DNA of 61,542 nt, filler included, from Jimgerdemannia flammicorona (Eukaryota): assembly GCA_003990765.1 (NCBI GenBank). It is 2 parts of 2 records of this genome, joined end to end, with 100 filler letters (N's around TTAATTAATTAA, not from the genome) between each part and the next. Parts side by side here need not be neighbours in the genome. Positions count along the whole stretch, not along the records: positions 1 to 30,722 come from RBNJ01000428.1; 1 more part is not named here. One strand, given 5' to 3'. The number at the start of each line of letters is the position of its first letter. Within the stretch, counting starts at the first letter, position 1. A model generated the notes under the pieces. The model was not told where the DNA came from and made no database searches. It saw only the letters and a list, made by a program, of their open reading frames with translations. A program made the position numbers and the translations under genes. Positions 11,869 through 24,889 of the stretch are shown here, piece by piece.

Positions 11869-14004
11869 ATGGCGAGAACCACCTTTCCAGCGTTGCTGCC
11901 GTTGATATCTCTCATACCCTACCTCGTCACTGCCGCCAATCCTTCGGGTTCATGGGGCCAGGCCACTGTATCGATAAACAATAGCATCTACGTCCACGGT
12001 GGTGAAGGTGTTTCAGGCACTATCTCAAACCTGTACACTCTCGATTCCTCCCAGCCATGGTCAACGGCAAACCCACCATGGACCGATCTAACATCCAATG
12101 CTGGCACGTTCACCGTGCCTCAGACTGCACTTCAGGCCATGTGGCCTGCTGCCGATGGCAAATCCTTCTATATCTGGGGAGGCGGGAACGACCACCACAT
12201 AACACAGGCACAAAGCGGCTTCGCGCAATACAATGTCATCACGGGGACTTGGTCCCTTCCAAGTGCTATTTCAGGGATGCCAGTACAAAGAAAGGACTTG
12301 AGAGCCGCCTGGAGTTCGTCTGGGGTTGTCTATCTTTGGGCCGGGTGGGGTGATATGTATACAGGTGAGTTGTGCTTTCAAGGAATTGATAAAGCAACGT
12401 ATGCAGCTATATATTTTAATCTCGATTCCTTTCTCCCGTACAGGATATACTACCAGCAACTCGACTAACTACATATTCACCGAGATGGCCACTTTTGACA
12501 CGACCAAGCTCATATGGAACGTTTTCAACGTCACTAACACCACTGGACAAGTGCCACCGCCCAGAGTCGCGCACACGGCAACAATGCTTTCGTACGATAT
12601 CCTATATTATTCGTCGCAACATGGCTTTCTTCCTGCAATATGAATCTAATTCTAAGTTGTAATATTTCCAGTAATGGCCAAATGGTCATTATCGGAGGTC
12701 TGATTGGCACACAGTTGAATGAAACCTATGTCGACCTGAATTTTGCTGCCATGACCGATATTCCTGTTTTCGAGTAAGCATATATCACGTGTATATCGCC
12801 TTTGTTAGTTCGATCTTTGGCCAAATCCAGTGACTTATTTTGATATTCTATCTGCATAGCACCTACACCACCACGTGGACTCTGCGTAATGCGACGGGCA
12901 ACACTCCGGACGTCCGTAGATACAGTGCTGCTGTATTGAGTATGTTTATTATTATTATTATTATTTATTATCATAGTTATTTTATACATATTACCCTGAA
13001 ACTTGCTCGTTCATGACTGGAATTCGCCTACCAATCCGTGTACGGACACCCGTGAATTCAGCGACTGACTCGGGGTTCTTGTTTAACAGGTTCGGACGGT
13101 TTGTCCATCATCATCTGCTTCGGTGGGACGCAGTCGAGTAAGGTACTGCTTAACGGCGTAGCCGTGCTCGATAGTCGGACTTGGTCATGGACACAACCGG
13201 CCATCTCTGGCACTCTCCCTACGCCAAGAATGGGGCATTCGGCGGTCATGGTCAATGGGCAGATGATTGTCTTTTTTGGTACGAGTGAACAGTTTTCTTC
13301 ACTTTTCTCTTTGTATTTCTTCCCCTTCTTCTATGATATTCAGTGTTATTTCTTCATTTGAAGGAAGGGGACTCGTTGCCGCATTCTCAGGTTCTTTTTT
13401 TTTTCCTGTTACCTTTCCCGATAACAGGCCTAGACAACTTAGGCAATATTCTGTCCGACGTCGCTATCTTAGACACCAGGACATCCCCCTTCAAATGGAT
13501 CAACACTTTCACTCCCGCTGACTATATCCCTCCAGTAACCACTAATTACACCAACCCCTCCCCTCCACGTCCATGCCAACAATCAACAGCGACAACCCAA
13601 GTGCGCTGACAACCATTGGCGGTATCGGTGGCGTAATCGGCATCACCTGCGCCGGGCTTATGCTGGCCTCCGCCGCCTTCTTCCTCATCCGCAGACAACA
13701 GAAGAAGACGAAGAAGGCGGCCACCATCGCCAACCCCACCAACTCCTACCCCAATCCCTCGCAAGCCACCGGGTACCACGACTCCGTGGCCTACGCCGCT
13801 CCCGTCCCATCACCCTACCACTCTGCCGCCACCCCATCCCCAATGTCTAATATTCCGATGGGCCCGCCGAACCCGTATCCTTATGGCCAGCCCTACACAC
13901 CGATTGGGTACCCTCCTATTCCCAACACTCCGCAGCATCATTATGCCGTCCCGCCCTACCAGAACGGCCATGGCCAGGATCCTCCATCCACTTGGACAAA
14001 GTAG
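11869..14004 (+). CDS. Kelch-TM paralog 4, intact except a 1-nt deletion at ~13560 (stop at 13607-13609, before the TM)
   Basis: Exons 11869-12364, 12444-12591, 12672-12773, 12860-12939, 13090-13278, 13428-14004. Exons 1-4 equal paralog 1 in length, exon 5 is 3 nt longer, all splice sites intact. TM and tail are open in another frame (ORF 13573-14004). Confidence 0.75.
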
Positions 14005-14466
14005 ATTGGACTGTATTAGGCACGATGTATATGCCTCTGTATACCCCCATAGTTTTATTTTTGTTTTTTTTTTTCAATATATATTCTCAAACTGAAGTAG
14101 CATGGATTCATTGGAATAGATGTAATTTATTCACCATCAATCCAAACAGGAGTTGAAGGTCTCCATTGAGCAATAACTCAATTCAAGCTAACCGCCTCCC
14201 CTCCCACTGTAAGTGTATGTTGCAAAGGATAAAACGACGACCAGATCAAACATTGCCGCTATGCACATTAGCTACAAGGAGATTGGAAACCGCGTCTCAG
14301 CTTTCGACCGTATTTTCAGCCGTGAATGGCGGCTGCGCGAAGGAGAACAAGAATGAGAACAGTCATCAGAGAAAAAAAAAAAAAAAAAAGGCAGGTATCG
14401 ATTTCGATGCATGAGCATGACGACAGAATCGAGTTTGTTCCATAATTCAGATGTGGGGAACCTTTA

Positions 14467-17400
14467 TGTTGGGATGGCAACAACATGTGATTTCATCAGC
14501 CTTACATCATCCATCAGTAATGCGTGAAATATGCGTCCTACGCATGTTCAATAAAAATGTCCTCTTTACAACATAGGTTATGAGCCTCACTAGCATTAAG
14601 CAGTTATAGCATATATATACCTCATAAATATATGCTACACAATCATATGTGCTAGAAATGTCAAGCAACAAATAACCTAGCAATATAGATATACCAACCA
14701 CAAGCACTTCAGTAATGAGAGCAGTCCCTGTTGTAAGTGTAAATATAGCCAAGAGGTCCTGATCTTCAACAGGAAAGATTATACTATCTGGATATTCCAT
14801 ATGATGAATCTTCTTGACAAATGTAGCTTGGTGGAGTATATGAAGCCACAAGTGCAGATTCAAGACTATGACTCTACAAATGATCACTGAGCATTATGTA
14901 AGATTGCATTCATATTGTTGAATTTGCAAATGAAGCTTATAATATATACTAATACAGCCAATGAGGCATGAGAAGCCCTATGTATAAGCATCTGCATCAA
15001 ATAGATTCCATCTGAAATCTCAGCTATTCAATCTTTGAATGAAGCTCAAGGAGAGTATCTACAAATATGTCAGTTATATCAACAATCTGATGAATCAAGT
15101 GAATTCTCTCAGTATATTTACAGATTGTATTGATAATGAAAATAAGGTTATAGCACTTACAAGAGAACTTCTGGATATATATAATATTGTCATCATAGCT
15201 ATATATGAGAGTGGTAGCCTTTTGGACTATATCTATATAATAATGAGTCTTATAGATGAGAAAATACACTAAGGAAATGATAGTAATAATGATGAAAAGA
15301 CATTCTATGAGTTTCGCAAATATGGTACCAAATGAGGTCAAAGACATAATCAATAAAGCCAATGAACCCAAACCTAAGCTCAACAATATAATAGCCAATC
15401 AACTAAGTATAATGGTTATTGTGAATATTGCAGTAAGTATAGATATAGAAAACACCAATATTATTACTGAGAGAATGATAAGGAGAGCAGTGAAAGTAAG
15501 CATAAAAAAAGCCAGTATTGGTAATATGAGAGTAATGGAAGAAGCTATCAAGAGAAGTGTAATAATATATATACTGCTGAAACTGATAATAGTGGTATAT
15601 TATTTGTGTAAGCAATATATATAGATAATACTTTTAGGCTAAAAAGTCCTACCAAATCTACCACTAGTCTCACTAGTATCAGTTCTGCCAGTGTAAGATC
15701 TGTATCTACAAGCAGCTTCACTACTATCAAATCTACCAATTTGTCATCTATAAATTCTAGTCAGCAAAACACTTTTAGGCTAATGAAAAGTGATGATATA
15801 AATACTACAAGCAATACAAATAGAAAAACTATCAACTATATATCTAGTCATATATCTAGCAAATATATAAATATAGCTAATGACAATGATATCTGACTAA
15901 TAAATTTTGGAGCTACATAATATATAATACTATATAGAGAATAGTTCTTTATATATGAGCTATTCAAGCACTCTATACTTATAAAATTAGGAGATAATAA
16001 TATTATCTATACTCAAGAAAAGAGAAATATCAGTATACACCTCTATGGAAATATTATTGAGTCTGCTATTACTCTTGTAGATGTACTATATACTTTAGAG
16101 ATAGGAAAGAACCTCTTCTTTATAGGGAAAATAATGTCCTATAGTAACAAAGATATATATATATATTCAAAAGATACAATAGTATACATATGATTTATAT
16201 AATAATAAGAGATTAATAATAGTCTCAAAATATAGCAATCTTTATATGATCAATAGTATATTAAATAGTATAAAACCCTCTATATATAATAACTACACTT
16301 AATGTATTCAATATATAATATCAACACTTAGGATATATTAGCAAAATAAGCCTTAAATGTATGATAAGAAGTAGATCTATCAATAGATTACCAGTATATA
16401 TATATATATAATAATTTCTTCTATGAGTATTATATGATAAATAAAACATTCCAGTGACCATTCAAAGAATAATTAAAGTATATATTGGAGATCCTTAACC
16501 TCATATATATAGATATATATAGGCTGATATATATATCATTATACTCTAGTAAGAGATACTTTCTCACATTTATTGATAATTATATATGTAAGATATATAT
16601 ATATATTTCCTATCAGCAAATAGCAAAGCCTTAGATAAATTCAAAGAATTCAAAGTAATTACTGAAAACAAAATTGGATATAGAATATATACTATATAAT
16701 TAGATAATAGATGCAAATACATCAACTATATATTCAAATAGTTTCTGATAAAATATGGCATAACCTATTAAATAATAGCTTCCTATATACATACTTCAGC
16801 AGAATGATATGGTAGAGCAATTTAACTATATGGCTATAGAAATAGTATATATAATGATCAATGCTACCAGACTATTATATTCTTATTGGGCTAAAGTGAT
16901 AAGTACTATAGTATATATATAATTAGTATATATCTCAATTGCTAAGTAAGGATATCAGTAACAATAATAAGTATTTTAGAGAAAATGAACTTACTCCTAA
17001 AGAATTATAGAGTGGATCTAAACTCAATGTATCTCATCTATATATATTTAGCTGTGATGTACATATATATCTTTGATAAAGATAATGCTATCTAGGATAA
17101 ATTTAAATCTAAGGTAAGTAAATACATATTTCTCAGATATTCTGGCAAAGCATATCAGCTATGGGATTCATATAAGTAATATATAGTCATATTATATAAT
17201 ATATAGTTCAGAGAAAAAAAAAAAAGATTTAGAGATCTATATAGAAGTACTAGTTAAAACCTCTATATCTCAGCTAGCACAAATACAGTAATTAGTACAA
17301 CTATTATCTATCTCTCTAGCAGTCAATCAGAACTATTTTCAACTGCTATACATATCTAAGCCTGAGCCAGAGATACCTGAGCTAAGAATAATAGACATCA

Positions 17401-18906
17401 AAGATGATGATAGTGAATCTTCTAATGATGAGAGATCCTCTACCTCTACAAAGAGTAAATAAGTACAAAAGTGCTCTAATATTCACCAAGAAGCTCATTC
17501 AGAATTGGGAAATTATTGGGATATATCAACAAGCTCTCAACAGTAATATAAAGACCATGTGAGCTATACTAAAGCATATAAATATATATATATTACAATA
17601 TCTTCCAGTAAGCCAAGCATATATAATAAAGCCATAACTAATCCTGATAGCAAGAAATAGAAATAAGCAATAGATGAGAAATATAATTTACTCATCAAAA
17701 ATGGTATATGAGATCTCATATCCCTTCTATCCAATTATCAAGCAATCAGATCCAAGTGGGTATATAGGATAAAATATAATGCAAATAATGACATAAAGTA
17801 GTATAAAGCTCATTTCATTATCAAGAGTTACTCACAAGATTATGGTATAGATTATGATAAAATATTTTCACTAATATTTAAGCTTACTTTACTTAGAATA
17901 CTCCTTGTAATCAGTATACTATATAATCTAGAAATCCATCAAATAGATGTTAAGACAGCCTTTCTGAATAGTGATATAGATACCAAACTATATATTTGTC
18001 AACTATAAGGATATAAACTATATGACAATCAGAATGGCAAGCTCATATATAGACTATGTAAAGAACTATATAGTATTAAGCAAGCAGTGTACCTATGGAA
18101 TAAAAGAATTGATAAACATCTTCTTAACAATGGATTCAAGCATTGCAAAGTAGATAATTGTAGTATTATGACAATGGTATAGTATTTATTAGTATACAGA
18201 TTGATAATATTATTATCATAACTAGTAAGAATAGGTTTAATGGAGTAAAAAAAACTCTATACTGAGAATTCAAGATGACTAACATGGGCAACATATCTTT
18301 CCTTTTAGGGATATCTATTATACATGACAGGAATATATATGCTATATATCTCTTACAAGCAATATATACTCAAACAATCCTCAAATACTTTAATATGAGT
18401 GATTGCAAATCTGTTGGTACTCCTATGAATACTTCTGTGAAATTAAGAAAGCTCAACAATATGCCTAAGAAAGATGATGATAATGTATCTGCCAAAAATA
18501 GCTCCAAAGATAATGATAATATTTCCTATCAGTAAGCAATCAATTCTCTTATATATCTTATACTAGAAATGAGGCCTGACATATTATACATTATGAATAA
18601 GATAGTACAGTATTCCTTCTACTATGATAACTCACATTGGAGTACTATTAAGAGAATTTTCAAATACTTAAAGAGATCAGTATACTATATATTTATATTG
18701 AGTGACAATATTAGATTAAGTGAGAGTAATGGTAAAAATAATAATATCTAGCTATCTGATATATATGATACCAACTGGGCTGGAGATTTAGATGACCACC
18801 AGTAGTATATGACCTTATGCCATTCTATCAGATTTATGTTATTTATCAGTAAAGTATGAAATATGTAATCTATGCAACTTTAATAAAATATCTCTCTTTT
18901 ACAACA
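14467..18906 (+). mobile_element. Degenerate Ty1/copia LTR retrotransposon
   Basis: 5' LTR TGTTG..CAACA 14467-14573 followed by PBS GGTTATGAGCC. Relic CCHC knuckle (~15420), protease (~15890), integrase (KRYFLTFIDNY ~16550), RT (SKWVYRIKY, HQIDVKTAFLN ~17940), RNase H start (DTNWAGDLDD ~18770). A homologous LTR ends TTTTACAACA at 18906. Order PR-IN-RT-RH. Confidence 0.85.
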
Positions 18907-20360
18907 AAGAGTAAGGAATATAATTTACTCATCAAGAATAATATATAGATAGGTAAGCTATAGAATTGAAATAGATTTATAAGATCAAGCATAAAGCTGA
19001 TAGAATGATAGAGTAGTATAAGATCCAATTTATAATAAAGAGATATTTATAAGAATATAGCATAGACTATAATAAGACCTTTTCCCTAATATTCAAGCTT
19101 ACTTTACTTAGAATACTTCTTGCAATTAGAGCCAAATATAACTATGAAATCTATTAAATAGATATTAAGATAGTCTTCTTGAATAGTAACATAGATATAG
19201 AGCTATATATTTATTAGCTACTAGAATATAAATTATATAACAATAATAAAAATAAACTCATATATAAATTATGTAAAGATCTCTATAGCATTAAATAAGT
19301 AATAAGATTGTAAAACTAAAAAATCAATAAATACTTCTTAGATAATAGATTTAAGTATTATAAGACTGACATATATATATATATTTAGCATATATTCTTA
19401 GAAATAGTATATCTAGAGATTTGAGTAAATAATATAATTTTGATCAGAATAATGAGTAAGATTAATGATATAAAGATGATACTATACTAGGAATATAAGA
19501 TGACAGATATGAGTAATATATCCTATCTTCTTGAAATATCAATTATACATAATAGGTATAAATATAGTATATATCTATTATAAGCCACATATATTCAGAC
19601 TATACTTGAACAATTTGGTATAAGTGAATACAAATCTATTAGAACACTTATAGAGACATCTATAAGGCTAAAGAATTTTAACAATACTATACCTAAAGAT
19701 AATAATATCTCTTATTGATAAGCTATAAGATCTCTCATATATCTTATACTCAGAATGAGGCCCAACATATTATATATAATAAACAAAGTGGTGCAATACT
19801 CATTTTGCTATAAAATTTTGCATTAGATAGCAATCAAGTATATTTTCAGATATATTAAAAGTATAGTATACTATATATTACATTTAAGTAGCAATAAATC
19901 AAACAAGAGCACTATAAGATTATCTAATATATATAATACTGATTGAGCTAGCAATCTGGATAATAGATAGTCTATGATTCGATACCTCTTTCAAATCAGT
20001 AAAAATAGAGCTATTTTGTAATAAATATATAAGTAATCTTCAGTAATAATATTTTCTATATAAGCAGAATACTAAGTACTATCTATAGTAAAAAGAAAGC
20101 TATTTGGCTCTATAAGCTATTAAAAAAATTGGTATTTTTTCAGAAATAAGAATCTATATCTATATAATAGAACAATTTATTTATAATTACTATAGCAAAG
20201 AACTCTATATATTATACTAGAATGAAGTATATCAATATATAGTATTATTTCATATAAAAATATATAGAAAATAGTACTATATAGAGTATACTCTAATAGA
20301 GTATATGATGGTAGATTTGTTGACTAAAGTTCTTCTAAAGATAAAATTTAACTTATATAT
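18907..20360 (+). mobile_element. Second copia RT/RNase H fragment
   Basis: Repeats the RT region (EYNLLIKNN, IFKLTLLRILLAI) and runs to the RNase H end (MVDLLTK ~20310). Many stops. Confidence 0.75.
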
Positions 20361-20496
20361 TATCACATAGTGGTCGCTGAGTCCTTCAAATATGCCAGAT
20401 TCTCTTCAAGGTGTATCTCTTAGACTAACTCAAGTTTGTTATAAGCAAGTTCTTATTGGAGTGCCTTCTCAAGATCTTATAGTCCTCAAACTTCTT

Positions 20497-21917
20497 ATTT
20501 TTAACTGTCTTGTTATCTCTTAGATTGCTTGCAAGAGATTGTATGTATTGCACTAAACTGACTGACTTTATTTCAGAGGAAATAAGAGGGGTATTTATAC
20601 AAAATATAATTCAATAGTTGCTAAGATATAAAGCTAAATATAAATTTCAATAACTAAAACCACTAAGTTCCAGGGTCAGCACTGATGGTTGTACAGGTTC
20701 AGGATGCTGGTATAATTCAGTGTCACGTCAAAATACCAGTGCTGGAACAATTTCATATTACCTCAGAATACCAGTGCTGGCATTATCCAGTATTACATGA
20801 GAATACTGGTACTGGTATTATCCAGTGTAACAAAGAACTTAGAGCAGAAAGTTCAGGACTATGGGGGCTTCATCCTTGTCATCATCATTACTGAAGGAGA
20901 TGAGATCCACGAATTCATCATTTTTATGTACTTCGTCACATATCTTGTATATGTTGGTGTCGCGTGGGACGACATCATCACTAATGATATCATCACATTC
21001 AGCTGTGGTGGGGAAATCGGGAACAAGGAGATCTGGAGCTCTCCAGTCTATAAGGTTCTCTTCCACAAAATAAAGAACAAATGTGGGGTCTTGGGGTGGT
21101 CTAACCTGGATGCTTGGGTCTTGGAATACTGAGATCAATCCTTGCAGGAATTGATCTGGATTGTCCTGGAGGATAGGGTGCCAGAAGTCTTCTACTTCTT
21201 CACTATTGAGGGTGATAGTGGACTGGGCTTCTGTAGCCACCCTGGCTTCTAGTGCATTGATACAGTGGGATGTCAGGTCTCTGAAGTCTGAGACTCTAAC
21301 ATACTCCAAGTTAGAGATCAACCATGGTACATGTCTGAAGATCTGATGGATCTTCTTAGCTATCCTCATTTTGCATATATCCATGGGAGTGGCATCTTGT
21401 AGCTCTTAGGTGCTGGCCTGTGGGAACTCCTGGCAGAGAAGATTTCCTATTTCATACTTCTGCTATATTTGGAGGTATTCGGTAGCAATAGTGATCCTTA
21501 TTTCCATCTCATGGCAGTAGAGGATAAAGTTATAAGAGTCTGCAGTACCCAGGTTGACACTAGGAGTCCTCCTTGAGCAGGTCCCCATGGCTCTTCTGAT
21601 GTCTTGGAACATTCTTTCCTCGACTGAGATACCTTGGTAATTCCTTAACCTTGAGGTTTGGTGGGCAGCAGATATTTCATTTGTAGTAAGTCTTTAAGCT
21701 ATTTTGAGATTGGTGGTTCTTATTGGTTGCTGCTACTGCGGTTCCTTGATCCTTCTTTTATATTCTTTAGGATACTTGTACTGTGGTCACAATGACTCAC
21801 AGTTGGTCATCATTGCTCATCTCATATATCATATGATCTTCTTGTGCTCCGATCTGGTGGCTTGCAAGGAAAGGCTGTCTTCTGTGCTGATGTCATTATT
21901 CTGGGGTCACCATTATA
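20497..21917 (-). mobile_element. ~1.4-kb LTR-like element with a long internal ORF relic, copy A
   Basis: Reverse-complement homolog of 23512-24889 over its whole length. Includes ORF 20839-21384. Confidence 0.65.
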
Positions 21918-22222
21918 ATATATAAGGAATGAGACTTATAGATAATTCTATACTAGTGAGTAGTAAGTAATAATGATAATATGAAATATAATAGAAAGTT
22001 TTTCAGAGCACTAATAAGCCTCTCCAATATTGCTTATATTTCTTTATTTGTAAATAGATCTGAATCACATTACTGATCTTCTACTATATTCTTTACTTAT
22101 ATATTTTTATACTTATAAGTAGAGAATTTAGATCTTTTTTAATAATCTAGATAGCATTCTGTTGGTCATATTTAGTTTGCTCAATTAGTTAGTTTTATTT
22201 GCATATTCTGGGATATATCTTA

Positions 22223-22390
22223 TTGAGTGGGAGTGTTGAAATATCTTAGTTATAGTAACTTAATATATAGTGATATAATCTAACTATATCATTATGTAAA
22301 TATTATTAATCTTGATATATAAAAGTATAACTTGCTAGTATCAATAAATAATACTTCTCTCTACTTATATTTTCTATATATTCTATAATA
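22223..22390 (+). mobile_element. Copia polypurine tract and 3' LTR relic
   Basis: TTGAGTGGGAG immediately followed by TGTTG at 22234. AATAAA at ~22343. Decayed end. Confidence 0.45.
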
Positions 22391-22429
22391 TTTTAGAAGA
22401 AGTAAGTCTGTCTAAGAACTAAGCTTAAG

Positions 22430-23511
22430 TCATACTTATCTTCAAAGATCTAGTTAAAGAAAAAAAAGTTCAAATACTTATTAATAGTAGAGTAGCTAGA
22501 AACTTTATCAATTAGAATCTTAATAAAAATCTTATCAAGTCTATACTCAAGAATTATAGAGTAGTTACTACTGATAATACACTATACTTTATTAAGTTAA
22601 TTACTACTAGATTACTTATCAGAGTTCAAAAATACTGAAAAAAAGTTAACTTTAAAGTTATATATATTTCTAAGAGATTATAATCTGATCTTAGGAGATC
22701 CTAGCTTGTGGGATGTAGCTTGGGTATTGGTTGATATATGTAGGATAGGGTCAATATTGCTATCAAGATAGATAAGTCTTTAAATAAGATCTAGATTATT
22801 ACTCTGTTTACAATATAATACAAGAAAGTACTTAAGAAAATAATATATACTTTTATTACTATTATCTGATTTAAGAAATAAGATAAGAAGTTATTAATGA
22901 ATAAAAGTATTAAATTACTATAGATGAATTTAAAAATGTCTTTTCAGATAAGCTATCTGATCTATCATCTGTATGAAAAGTAGACTATAAAATTAAACTG
23001 ACTTCAGAAGCTATATTATTTAAGAAATATATATCTTATATATTATCTCTTAAGAAAAAAGTAGTCAAAAAGGAATTAGAAGAACTACTTATCTGAGGAG
23101 CTATTCAATCCAATAAGTTATCTTATTACTTCTTAGTTTTTTTTTATTAAGAAAAAGAATTATCTCTTATTGATCAAATCTTTGATACTCTCAAGAATAC
23201 TAAGTACTTAACTAAGCTAGATCTTATTTTTGAATATTACTAAATTCAAATTAAGTCAGAGGATATTCTTAAGACTATTTTTATAATTTCCTTCAGACTT
23301 TATAAATTTTTGATGTTATATAGTATTTGGTCTTACTAATATATTTATAATATTTTATATTTTCATAAATAAAATATTCAAGAATTATCTCTTTATTTTT
23401 CTATTAGTATATTTTAATAATATTTTAATCTTTAGTATAAATAAAAAAGAATATCTCAAACATATCTGCCTAGTTTTGAAAATACTATAAGAATATAAAC
23501 TATATATATAT
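22430..23511 (+). mobile_element. Ty3/gypsy pol fragment (protease-RT), heavily mutated
   Basis: Relic VQILINSRVARNFI (DSGA protease), YNLILGRS, DEFKNVF, VFFIKKK, TKLDL, FGLTN, LVYFNNILIFS (YLDD). Interrupted at 23512. Confidence 0.75.
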
Positions 23512-24889
23512 TGTAATGGTGACCCCAGAATGATGACATCAGCATAGGAGACAGTCTTTCCTTATAAGCCACCAGATTGGAGCACAAGAAGATCATATAG
23601 CATATGAGATAAGCAATGATGACCAACTATGAGTCATTGTGATCACAGTACCAGCATCTTGAGGAATATAAAAGAAGGATCAAAGAACCACAGTAGCAGC
23701 AACCAACAAGACCCACCAATCCCAAAATAGCTCAAAGACTTATTACAAATAAAATACCTGCTGCTCACCAAATCTCAAGATCAAGGAACTATCAAAATAT
23801 CTCAGTTGAAGAGAAAATGTTCTAAGACATCAGAAGAGCCATGAGGATCTGCTCAAGAAGGACTCTTAGTGTTAACCTGGGTACTGGTGATCCTTATCAC
23901 TATATCTTCTACCATCATAAAATGGAAACAAGGATCACCATTGCTACTGAATGCCTTCAAATATAGCAGGAGTATAAAATAGGAAACCTCCTCTGCTGGG
24001 AGTTCTCACAGGCCAGTCCTCAAGAGCTATAAGATGCCACTCTCATGGATATACATGAGACAAGAATAGCTAAGAAGGTCCATCAGATCTTCAGGCATAC
24101 ACCATAGTTGATCCCCAACTTGGAGTATATTAGAGTCTCAGATTTCAGAGATCTGTCATCCTGCCATATCAATGCACTAGAAGTCAGGGTGGCTACAGAA
24201 GCCCAGTCTACTATCACCCTCAATAGTGATGAAGTAGAAGACTTCTGGCATCCCATCCTTCAGGACAACTCAGACCAATTCCTATAAGAATTGATCTCAG
24301 TATTCCAAGGCCCAAGTATCTAGGTTAGACCTCCCCAAGACCCCACATTTGTTCCCTATTTTGTGAAAGAGAACCTCATAGACTAGAGAGCTCCAGACCT
24401 CCTTTCTACTGCTGAACATGATGATGTCATCAGTGATGATGTCATCCCATGTAACATATGCAAAATATATGATGACGATGTATTCATGGACCTCATCTCC
24501 TTTAAAGACATCCTGACCTCTGATGATAAAGCCCCCATAGTCCTGAACATTCTGCTCTAAGTCTCTTGGTTACACTGAATAATGCCAGTACTAGCATTCT
24601 GATGTAACACTGAAAAATGTCAGCACTGGCATTCTGATGTAATACTGAATTATACCAGCATCCTGAACCTATACAACCATCAGTGCTGACCCTGGAACTT
24701 AGCAGTTTTTCCTGTTCTGGCATTTTATTTTAGTTATTGGAATTTATATTTAGCTTTATATCTTAGCAATCATTGAATTATATTTTGTATAAATATCCCT
24801 CTTATTTCCTCTGAAATAAAGTTAGTCAACTCAGTGTAATACACACACTTCCTTGCAAGCAATCTAAGAGATAACAAGACAGTTTAACA
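23512..24889 (+). mobile_element. ~1.4-kb LTR-like element with a long internal ORF relic, copy B (probable solo LTR)
   Basis: TGT...ACA termini. Reading frame from near the 5' end to TAA at ~24560. 35-nt direct repeats at 24591 and 24626, TATAAATA 24788, AATAAA 24815. Confidence 0.65.

Noticed and set aside
20497..24889. Foldback/TIR transposon with 1.4-kb inverted arms
   Set aside because: The arms are diverged and LTR-like, one interrupts a gypsy RT, and the interior is unrelated retroelement debris. Independent insertions explain it better.
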